From an uncultured virus (IMG/VR IMGVR_UViG_3300033520_000026) (Duplodnaviria; Heunggongvirae; Uroviricota; Caudoviricetes): 64,000 nt of DNA. Position numbers and translations under genes: made by a program. Shown here piece by piece: positions 56,884 through 64,000 of the stretch; positions within the stretch are counted from its first letter, which is position 1, and every line of letters begins with the position of its first letter. The DNA is taken from positions 62,001 to 126,000 of the IMG/VR virus record IMGVR_UViG_3300033520_000026; one strand, written 5' to 3'. A model generated the notes under the pieces. It saw only the letters and a program-made list of their open reading frames with translations. It was not told the origin of the DNA and did no database searches.

Positions 56884-58421
56884 AGATCGCGGGGTACGCC
56901 TGGCTGGATCGAGCAGCTTTGACAGACCGCCAGGTTTCCAACATTGTCACTCGGCTGACCATTCAGCCGAGAAAGACGTCTGATATTGATTCGGTGGAGA
57001 CACCGGATCCCATCCGTTTGTACCGCCTAGATGAAGATCGACAGTTGATAGGCGTGCCTCGCGGTTTCTACCGGCAGATGAGCAAGGGGTTGAATGACGA
57101 GGTCTTGCGCATTGGGTGGGGAAAGCCCATGCGGAAGTTGGAGACGACGGCGCGGTTTGAGGGTCCGTTTGCCGAGCAGGCCGAGGCCATCGACACGCTG
57201 GTGACAGCGTTGTATCCGCCTGAGACGTGCCCGGAGAACCCGCCGTGGGGCGGGGCGCTGCTACAGGCACAGCCGGCGTTCGGCAAGACGGCATGTGCTT
57301 TGGAGGTAGCTCGACGCCTTGGTCGGAGAACGCTTATCCTCGTCCATCAGGAGTTCTTCCTGGACCAGTGGCGCAAGCGGATCGAACAGTTCTTGCCGGA
57401 AGCGCGGATCGGCATCATCCAGCAGGATCGCGTGGAGTATGATCGCACCAAGGGTGGGGAGGCCCCGGACTTCGTGATCGGGCTCTTGCAGAGTCTGGCG
57501 CGGGACACGGGCGGGCGGTATCCCAGGGAGATGTACGAGGGCACCTTTGGTTTAATTATAAGCGACGAGACGCACCGGCTGGGGGCGGCGAGCTGGGGGG
57601 ACATCATCCCGAAATTCGACGCGGCCTACCGCCTGGGTCTGACGGCGACGCCTCGGCGCAAGGACGGGGCCGAGGACGTGTTCTTCCACCACATCGCGCC
57701 GGTCACGTACCGGGCGACCACGGAGTCGGTGCGCCCTCGATTGCGGAAGATCGTGACGACGACGGAGGTGCGATCTATTTCGCGTGGTGAGTACAAGGTG
57801 CCCGTTGACCAGTTGAACAGCGCTCAGATCATCAATCAGGTGTGTTTGGACACGTTTCGGACGCAGGCTATTGCAGACGACATCGTGCAGGCGGTGAAGG
57901 TTGGGCGGAAGATCATGGTGGTGAGTGCCCGGCTGGAGCATTTGCGGGTCATGGCAGAGCGCACAGGGCAGGCGTTGTTCAATTTGAACCTGCCTTTCGT
58001 GCCCATCATGGACTTCTACACGGGGGAGTGGTTTACAGGGGAGGTTTGGGAAACATCGAACAAGTCGCACAAGCGGGGCGATTTAAAGATGGCATCTCGG
58101 ACGCAGGTCGATCTTGAGCGTGCGGAGCGGGCCAACGTGATTTTTGCTACCCCCCAGCTTTGCATGGAGGGACTCGATATTCCAGCATTGGATGTCATGT
58201 TGATGGCGACCCCGATTAGCGATGTGGAGCAGTTGACAGGGCGGGTGCGGCGCTGGTGTGTTCCTGGGAAGCAGTGTGCTCACTATTGCCCTTGGAGGGC
58301 GGGCAAATGCAAGGGCAAACCCATCCCGATCATCGTAGATGTGGTGGATGAGAGGATCCCGCGTTTACGTGGTATGGCTGCCAGACGCGAGAAATTTTAC
58401 AAAACCTGTTGCACGATGTAA
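56874..58421 (+). CDS. SF2 (UvsW/XPB-like) DNA helicase
   Basis: PAFGKT; IISDETH; GLTATP.RKDG; EGLDIP; Q..GRVRR. Confidence 0.85.
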   Translation: MRVEIAGYAWLDRAALTDRQVSNIVTRLTIQPRKTSDIDSVETPDPIRLYRLDEDRQLIGVPRGFYRQMSKGLNDEVLRIGWGKPMRKLETTARFEGPFAEQAEAIDTLVTALYPPETCPENPPWGGALLQAQPAFGKTACALEVARRLGRRTLILVHQEFFLDQWRKRIEQFLPEARIGIIQQDRVEYDRTKGGEAPDFVIGLLQSLARDTGGRYPREMYEGTFGLIISDETHRLGAASWGDIIPKFDAAYRLGLTATPRRKDGAEDVFFHHIAPVTYRATTESVRPRLRKIVTTTEVRSISRGEYKVPVDQLNSAQIINQVCLDTFRTQAIADDIVQAVKVGRKIMVVSARLEHLRVMAERTGQALFNLNLPFVPIMDFYTGEWFTGEVWETSNKSHKRGDLKMASRTQVDLERAERANVIFATPQLCMEGLDIPALDVMLMATPISDVEQLTGRVRRWCVPGKQCAHYCPWRAGKCKGKPIPIIVDVVDERIPRLRGMAARREKFYKTCCTM

Positions 58422-58444
58422 TGTGCGCGCATGAGGTGTTCGTC

Positions 58445-59014
58445 ATGACGCGTATCGAAACAGGATCTACAGGTGAAAGTTCTGGGGACAGGGATCGGAG
58501 CGAGTACCAGAAACAATATTATCTGGACAGGAAAGAGGCGATTTCCAAGGAGCGGAAGCGTCGATACCGCGAGGATCCCGAGTACCGCGAGTCGATCTTG
58601 GATCGGGTCAGCGACTACCGAAACAAGAAGCAGGAGAATATCAATAAGTTGCGGGCAGAGGGGAAGTTGCCGCCGTCGCATCCGAGGGGGCCACGTCCGC
58701 CGATGAAGGTCAAGGTGAACGGGGTCAGCACCATTGTGTACACGGTGGGTCGCATGGCGGTGGAGTTGAATCGGTCCAAGGACGTGATCAATTACTGGAC
58801 GCGGATCGGGCTCCTACCGCCGACACCATATCGTTCTGCAAGTGGAGACCGGCTTTACACAGAGAGCATGGCCATAGTGGTAAAAATCGCCGTTGGCAAG
58901 CGTGGGCGAGTTTCGGCCAGCGACCGAGAATTTACGCGAGAGATTCGGCAAGGTTGGGAGGGCTTAGGCGTGGTCATTCCGGTTCACGTTGACAAAACGT
59001 TCATACGGCGGTAA
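58445..59014 (+). CDS. MerR-like HTH DNA-binding protein
   Basis: YTVGRMAVELNRSKDVINYW...GLLP...GDRLYT. Confidence 0.65.
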   Translation: MTRIETGSTGESSGDRDRSEYQKQYYLDRKEAISKERKRRYREDPEYRESILDRVSDYRNKKQENINKLRAEGKLPPSHPRGPRPPMKVKVNGVSTIVYTVGRMAVELNRSKDVINYWTRIGLLPPTPYRSASGDRLYTESMAIVVKIAVGKRGRVSASDREFTREIRQGWEGLGVVIPVHVDKTFIRR

Positions 59015-59052
59015 TTTTGCGCGCACATAGAAGTGCGGCGTTGATGCCGCAT
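58989..59052 (+). promoter_or_regulatory. Sigma70-type promoter plus 5' hairpin
   Basis: TTGACA-17-TAATTT; GAA GTGCGGC GTTGAT GCCGCAT. Confidence 0.75.
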
Positions 59053-59066
59053 TGGAGGCGCGAAAT

Positions 59067-59600
59067 ATGAAAACTCAAGGAAACGAACGCATGACGCGGA
59101 CCTATAACGTGGTCGGCGCACAGGAGCAACCAATGACAGACATTAGTCGGCCCTATGGCCCGGTTGTCGATCAACAAGACAGCCCAATGGTGGAGGTGAC
59201 CTATGCAGCGGGGCGCACGGTATCGCTGGGCAACTATGAATTTGTGCGCATCCAGATCGGTGCGCGGGTGCGGATTGCGGACCTTGGCAAGGTTGACGAG
59301 GCTTTCATTGGCGTGCAGCAGTTCGTGGATGCCGTGATTAACAGAGAGGAATCGTTGGTTCGCAAGCAGCCGGTGTCATCGGATCCGTTGCCTACATTAG
59401 ATGGCGTGCGACGTGAGATCTGGGTGGAGTACGGCATGACCTTGAACGCAAAGGTGAAGTTCGAGAGTTTCAAGGTTGATCTTGGTTTATCGCGTCCGTT
59501 GGGCGATTCAGAGGACGCTGATGCCGCTATGGTGGCGTTGGAGTCGTACTTGTCTCAGAGGATCGACACTGAGCGGGGTCGCATACGGGGAGAGGCATGA
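59067..59600 (+). CDS. Hypothetical protein with two tandem related domains
   Basis: GRTVSLGNYEFVRI versus GMTLNAKVKFESFKV. Confidence 0.6.
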   Translation: MKTQGNERMTRTYNVVGAQEQPMTDISRPYGPVVDQQDSPMVEVTYAAGRTVSLGNYEFVRIQIGARVRIADLGKVDEAFIGVQQFVDAVINREESLVRKQPVSSDPLPTLDGVRREIWVEYGMTLNAKVKFESFKVDLGLSRPLGDSEDADAAMVALESYLSQRIDTERGRIRGEA

Positions 59601-60844
59601 TAGGAATCAGAGCACGCAATCTCGCCAATCTACGAAACAAGGTCAACACGAAGTACGGCGACCGGACGATTGACATGGCGAGTCGTTTGCAGCCGTTGAA
59701 TTGTCCGCGTGTGACGACGGGAAGCTTGAGCTTCGACTATGTGCTCGGTGGGGGTATCCCGGTGGGCCATGTTTTGATCTATCACGGCGGAGAGAGCAGC
59801 GGGAAGACCACCCATGCAGTGCGCTCTGCCGGGAGTTTTCAGAGGGTGTGCGCCAACTGCTATCGGCGTGTGATGGGTGGCTTGGAGTTGGAGGAAGTGG
59901 TGGACAAGGAGACGGGCGAGGTCGATCTGTCCCAAATAGGATACTGCGATTGCGTGAATGCGGGTCTGTTCGTGCCTGTGCAATTGCAGAAGGAGACAGA
60001 CCAAGAGTTCAAGGCGCGGTTGAAGCGCTATGCGGTGAACTCTTACGAGGAGCCGCGAGTTGCCTATATAGACGTGGAGGGTACGTTTGACAACTCATGG
60101 GCGATAAAGTCGGGCTGCAATCCAGACTTGCTTTTGCTGGCGCGTCCACAGACGGCGGAGGAAGGCATCGACCTGCACGACGAGATCGTGCGCACGGGAG
60201 CGGTGGATTTCATCGTGCTGGACAGCATTGCGGCCATGACTCCGAGCGAAGAGATCACGGCAAGTGCCTCGGATTGGCAACAGGGTCTCGCGGCGAGGCT
60301 CATCAACAAGTTTGCGCGTAAGACTAACTCGTCGAGGAACGCGGTGCGGTCTGATTTTAATAGGAAGATTACCGAGATCTGGATCAACCAGGAACGAGAT
60401 AAAATTGGAGTAACTTGGGGTGATCCGACCGTTTTGCCTTGTGGCAAGGGCCAGAAATTTGCGGCGTCGGTCATCGTGAAGATGTGGGCGAGCAAGTGGG
60501 AGAAGGACACGATAGACGAAGAACTCAAGAAGGAGTGGCATATGGAGATCGGGTCCGAGGTCCACATGAATTACAAGGTCGTGAAGAACAAGACGGGGCC
60601 GGCCATGGGGCAGGGTGGTTTTCGCATGGGGGTGTTTGGGGACGAGGCGGCACAGGTTTTGGATATTGATTACATGTTGGCGCAGGCGGAGAAGTTCGGC
60701 CTGTTCAAGAAAGAGGGCAAGGAGTGGCAGCTCGGAGACGAATCGTACAGGACGAAAACAGAGTTGATAGCGCGGATGTCGGAGCCAGCGGTACGGGACA
60801 CCTTGAGGGCGATCCTTGTGAAGAGGATGATTGCGAGGGTGTAG
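59597..60844 (+). CDS. recA: RecA/UvsX-like recombinase with Cys-rich insertion
   Basis: TGSLSFDYVLGGGIPVG; GGESSGKTT; YIDVE; VLDSIAAM; INQERDKIG; VVKNK. Confidence 0.9.
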   Translation: MIGIRARNLANLRNKVNTKYGDRTIDMASRLQPLNCPRVTTGSLSFDYVLGGGIPVGHVLIYHGGESSGKTTHAVRSAGSFQRVCANCYRRVMGGLELEEVVDKETGEVDLSQIGYCDCVNAGLFVPVQLQKETDQEFKARLKRYAVNSYEEPRVAYIDVEGTFDNSWAIKSGCNPDLLLLARPQTAEEGIDLHDEIVRTGAVDFIVLDSIAAMTPSEEITASASDWQQGLAARLINKFARKTNSSRNAVRSDFNRKITEIWINQERDKIGVTWGDPTVLPCGKGQKFAASVIVKMWASKWEKDTIDEELKKEWHMEIGSEVHMNYKVVKNKTGPAMGQGGFRMGVFGDEAAQVLDIDYMLAQAEKFGLFKKEGKEWQLGDESYRTKTELIARMSEPAVRDTLRAILVKRMIARV

Positions 60845-60860
60845 GCGAACCTGGGTTCGT
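60845..60860. repeat. Dispersed palindrome copy 15, GCGAACCTGGGTTCGT
   Basis: Immediately after recA TAG. Confidence 0.95.
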
Positions 60861-60894
60861 GTCTGGGCATAGTCCGTTCGTGACGAATTGCCAA

Positions 60895-61155
60895 ATGTCC
60901 GAGTTTGGAATTCTCGCGCTGCATCATGAGCACATCAAGATGCTTTCTGTGTTGCCTCGGGTGCCTAGAAATGCCGAGGGTGAATTCGATACTTGGGCAT
61001 GGTCTCGCATGGTGGATTTGCCACAGCGGAGAGTTCGGGAACTATCGCGTGGGTTGATGGACATGGGGGCGATCCTGCTCGATGGGACGATGCCGTCGAT
61101 TGTTTTTGAATATCTGTCAAAATTGGCAAAGGACTGTGTGATCAAGGGGAAGTAG
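60895..61155 (+). CDS. Hypothetical protein (possible wHTH)
   Basis: ORF packing. Confidence 0.45.
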   Translation: MSEFGILALHHEHIKMLSVLPRVPRNAEGEFDTWAWSRMVDLPQRRVRELSRGLMDMGAILLDGTMPSIVFEYLSKLAKDCVIKGK

Positions 61156-61521
61156 GTGTTGTTGATGGCGCGGATTCGACCACGGGTCTTTGAGCAGGGC
61201 GGGCGCACGCCAACCGAGCAGGAGGAGCGGGTGGCGCGAGTGGTTCGTGGGCATCGGCAGCGGGGCAGCGGCGCGTCGATGTATGCCAAAGGGGACGTTT
61301 CCTCAGACCATTTTTTGATCGAGTGCAAGCGCACTGAGCATGCCAGTCTGAGCCTGAAGAAGTCGTGGTTAGACAAGATCTCGCGTGAGGCAGCGGCGGC
61401 GAGCAAAGAGCCAGCGCTGGCCATCGAGATTGCAGGCGGTCCCGATGACGCGCATGGTGAACGCGAGTGGATCATGATCCCCTTGCGATGCTGGAAGAAG
61501 TTGGTTGGAATTACGGAATGA
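61156..61521 (+). CDS. Holliday-junction resolvase-like PD-(D/E)xK nuclease
   Basis: E.RVA...GSGA...KGDV...LIECK.T. Confidence 0.75.
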   Translation: MLLMARIRPRVFEQGGRTPTEQEERVARVVRGHRQRGSGASMYAKGDVSSDHFLIECKRTEHASLSLKKSWLDKISREAAAASKEPALAIEIAGGPDDAHGEREWIMIPLRCWKKLVGITE

Positions 61522-61787
61522 AGTTCAAGACGCCACAGGCTCAGGACGCGTATGCTGAGGTTCTTCGTGAGCTTGGCCAGGTCATAACCGAGGTGCAGTC
61601 GCAGTCCAAGGTTCAGGAGGCGCGGGTGTCCATGGCCGATGCGCCTGCTATTGCGTTGAGCACGGCGTACAAGGTTGGCGAGATGCGCATGAAGGGTCTT
61701 GAAATGGCCTTGCGTGTCGGGACGGAGATCGACATCCAATGGGGGTGCCTCATGGCGCGTTTGACCATGGAGGCGCAGGATGGCTGA
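61518..61787 (+). CDS. Hypothetical protein
   Basis: ATGA overlap. Confidence 0.5.
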   Translation: MKFKTPQAQDAYAEVLRELGQVITEVQSQSKVQEARVSMADAPAIALSTAYKVGEMRMKGLEMALRVGTEIDIQWGCLMARLTMEAQDG

Positions 61788-62061
61788 ATGGATACTCGTA
61801 TCTATGTATATGATATTGCTTGCGGTATGTTTGATGTTGGTCATTATCTTGCCGCTGCTTCGGATGTTCAACGGGCGCGTGGCTAGATGGTGCTGTCGAG
61901 AGTTGGCGTGGCACGATGGGTCGCGGTCTATTTTGGAATTCGACGGGGTCAACGTCCATGCGGAGTGTCGGTTTTGCGGGCGACCTGTGATGATAGACAG
62001 CCAAGGAAATTGGTTTGTGGTAGATGTTGTTTCGGGCGTGGATGAACAAAGTAATTGTTGA
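61780..62061 (+). CDS. Membrane protein with small Cys/His domain
   Basis: N-terminal TM; WH...CRFC...DSQGNWF. Confidence 0.55.
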   Translation: MAEWILVSMYMILLAVCLMLVIILPLLRMFNGRVARWCCRELAWHDGSRSILEFDGVNVHAECRFCGRPVMIDSQGNWFVVDVVSGVDEQSNC

Positions 62062-62114
62062 CAAACTCGCAGTAGGCCGTTAAAAATAGGGTTGATGCCT
62101 GGCGCGATGCCAGG
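62058..62114 (+). promoter_or_regulatory. Sigma70-type promoter plus 5' GAU hairpin
   Basis: TTGACA-17-TAAAAA; GAT G CCTGGC GCGAT GCCAGG. Confidence 0.75.
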
Positions 62115-62128
62115 GAAGGAGTTGCAGC

Positions 62129-62779
62129 ATGTTTCTACCGTGTACGATTCCAGATGGTCAGTCGGGCGCGTGGCGCGTCGAGCGTTGCGTCGTGAGTGAG
62201 TGCGAAGCTCGGATCGAGAACATGCGGAGTGCGTTCTCAAGAGTGCGGCAGCTTCCGGTGAATCCGGGCACGTATGTCCGGCTGGTCGGGCCGGGCGGGA
62301 TCTGGATGAGCGATACGCAGAGCGAGGTTGGGGATCACTTCGCGCCGATCAGGCGGGCTGGGGTGGTCGGCGGGCATTGCCTTGTGACGGGTCTCGGGCT
62401 TGGCCTGGTCACGGAGGCGCTGTTGGCGATCCAATCCGTGACGCGGGTGACGGTAATCGAGCTGGAGCCGGACGTGATCGCGCTTATTGGTCCGACGTTG
62501 CGGGAGCGCTGGGGAGACCGGCTGGAGATCGTGCAGGCGGACGCTCTGACGTGGCGACCTCCACGGGGGGTACGCTACAGCGTCGTCTGGCACGACATCT
62601 GGCTGTACATCTGCGCGGACAACCAGGCGAGCATGACGACGTTGAAGAGGAGGTACGCTTTTCGGGCGGACTGGCAGCGGTGTTGGCGGGAGGAGTCTGT
62701 ACGGAAGGTGAATCGGGAGGATCGGAAGGCAGCGCGGCAGATGGCGTTTTGGAAGCGTGTGCGCCAAGCGAACGGATGA
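62129..62779 (+). CDS. Spermidine-synthase-like class I SAM-fold transferase
   Basis: WMSDT...LVTGLGLG...VTVIELEPDV...QADA...WHDIW. Confidence 0.7.
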   Translation: MFLPCTIPDGQSGAWRVERCVVSECEARIENMRSAFSRVRQLPVNPGTYVRLVGPGGIWMSDTQSEVGDHFAPIRRAGVVGGHCLVTGLGLGLVTEALLAIQSVTRVTVIELEPDVIALIGPTLRERWGDRLEIVQADALTWRPPRGVRYSVVWHDIWLYICADNQASMTTLKRRYAFRADWQRCWREESVRKVNREDRKAARQMAFWKRVRQANG

Positions 62780-62788
62780 GGAGGCAGC

Positions 62789-63109
62789 ATGGCACGCGGT
62801 AAGCGACAGGGGCCGCCACAGGAGCCGAAGCGTCTGGTGTTAGAGACCTTCCGGCAGCCCGGCCACTTCCTGTTGCGCGGGTTGGAGCAGGAAGCCTATG
62901 ACGTGTTCAATCGTGAGGTCCATGTTCGGCGCTGGCGCATCACGGTGGAGACGATTGAAGAGACGGACGACGTGATCTATGCGCGTCTGTTGGACCTGTG
63001 GGAGCGGTCGGCCAACATGCACGACTGGGAGCCGCTCCAGGCGGCAGCGAGGGCGCTGGGCCGGGAGTTGCCGCATGAGCGGATGGGCAAGCGCCGGGGC
63101 GAGAAATAG
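62789..63109 (+). CDS. Hypothetical protein
   Basis: GGAGG SD. Confidence 0.55.
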   Translation: MARGKRQGPPQEPKRLVLETFRQPGHFLLRGLEQEAYDVFNREVHVRRWRITVETIEETDDVIYARLLDLWERSANMHDWEPLQAAARALGRELPHERMGKRRGEK

Positions 63110-63118
63110 GAGGCAAGC

Positions 63119-63622
63119 ATGGACTTTCCGATAGAGTTTACGAGCGATCATGAGGCGGCGGAGGCGCGGCATGGGGCGGTGAAGAAACAGTGCCTGGATC
63201 GGATCGATCCTGGCAATACAAGTCGGTGGGGCCATCGGGACGATAGTGATGAGGAAGTCGCGCGGGTCTTGGCCACGATAGCGTGGGAGAGCGGATGGGA
63301 CGAGGCGGTGTTGGCGAGTCAACGTGCCCAGGTGGAGAGCATCGGACAACTGATCGCGCAGCGGGACGTGGAGCACGAGGCGGCGCGTGCATGGTGTGAG
63401 AGATACGAGAGGCAGTTGTGGCAGACGCAGGACTTAGACCAGAGGTGGCAGGCAAAATTGCGGGATGCGCAGGACGCGCTCGTGAAGATGAAGGCGGAGC
63501 GGAACGAGGCGCGGGCGGATGCTGTTCAGTGTGCGATGGCCTACCGCGACAAGTTGCCCATTGGGGGGATCTTGAAGCGGATCGACGCCTATGTGCGCGT
63601 CATGTCCACGGATAAGGGGTAA
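63119..63622 (+). CDS. Coiled-coil hypothetical protein
   Basis: GGAGG SD. Confidence 0.55.
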   Translation: MDFPIEFTSDHEAAEARHGAVKKQCLDRIDPGNTSRWGHRDDSDEEVARVLATIAWESGWDEAVLASQRAQVESIGQLIAQRDVEHEAARAWCERYERQLWQTQDLDQRWQAKLRDAQDALVKMKAERNEARADAVQCAMAYRDKLPIGGILKRIDAYVRVMSTDKG

Positions 63623-63625
63623 ACG

Positions 63626-63961
63626 ATGGGAATATCTCCAATGAGTTTGCATGCAGGAATCGACTGTACGGATGTCGCGTTTCCTAATCCTGACCCAAGG
63701 AAATTTGTAATCGCGGATCATGAAGAGATCGGGAAATTCCTTATCCTGTTCGTTCAATATCCTGATTGCACGAACTTCGAGGGATACAAGGTTCTTGTTT
63801 ATTCTGGCGTAACTTATGACGAGATTAAAAGCAGAAGAGTCCTAGATCCTCATTTCACGGACAGTCAATCCGTTCCATCTCCAGTCGCCAGATTTACGCC
63901 AACCGAGGCTGGACTGGAGATGGCCAGAACATTTTGCAAGTGCATGGAGGAACGGGAATGA
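63626..63961 (+). CDS. Hypothetical phage protein
   Basis: NPDP...YPDCTNFEG.K...LDPHF...PVARF.PT. Confidence 0.6.
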   Translation: MGISPMSLHAGIDCTDVAFPNPDPRKFVIADHEEIGKFLILFVQYPDCTNFEGYKVLVYSGVTYDEIKSRRVLDPHFTDSQSVPSPVARFTPTEAGLEMARTFCKCMEERE

Positions 63962-64000
63962 AGGGGCGCTGGTACGGTTTGCGGGGCGACCGGCCCGCGC

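Noticed and set aside
59849..60040. Intein in RecA
   Set aside because: Only 64 aa, with no TxxH block B or penultimate His, despite Cys and Asn-Ser ends
1086..60860. Palindromes as a CRISPR array or integron attC sites
   Set aside because: Copies are kilobases apart, not separated by 30-40-bp spacers. They are too short for attC, lack its R/L box structure, and do not flank every gene. No cas or integrase gene seen.
1..64000. tRNA or rRNA genes
   Set aside because: No cloverleaf with T-loop and acceptor stem recognised by eye in intergenic gaps; tRNAscan-SE would be needed to exclude them

Overview
A 64-kb segment of a large, GC-rich tailed dsDNA phage, probably a myovirus with a contractile tail. 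Almost every gene is on the + strand; the one clear exception is a 51-aa DUF3309-like membrane gene missed by the ORF track. Layout: (i) 1-14.1 kb, baseplate, tail, fibre and lysis-related late genes; (ii) 14.2-26.2 kb, an array of diverse proteins carrying at least 12 copies of a 10-residue tag, consensus MRSLIRRLEE, resembling a capsid-targeting / prohead-protease signal, with two HExxH metallopeptidases, an ART-like domain and a ComM-like fragment among the cargo and an AdoMet decarboxylase gene embedded; (iii) 26.4-52 kb, small early/accessory genes driven by TTGAC(A/G)AAC sigma70-type promoters (BRO/antirepressors, Dam, J-domain, GroES, KTSC, SWIM, transglycosylase, TSCPD-like, HNH, DUF932, KH); (iv) 52.6-61.5 kb, replication and recombination genes (DnaC-like, DnaB, SSB, HNH, SF2 helicase, RecA, resolvase). 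Three repeated signals stand out: the peptide tag; a 16-20-bp palindrome GCGAACC(N2)GGTTCGY in 15 mostly intergenic copies; and a covarying GA(U/A)-stem-(..GAU loop) hairpin at the 5' end of ten promoter-driven transcripts. All family assignments are from motif recognition by eye; no searches were run. No tRNA, rRNA or CRISPR array was recognised.
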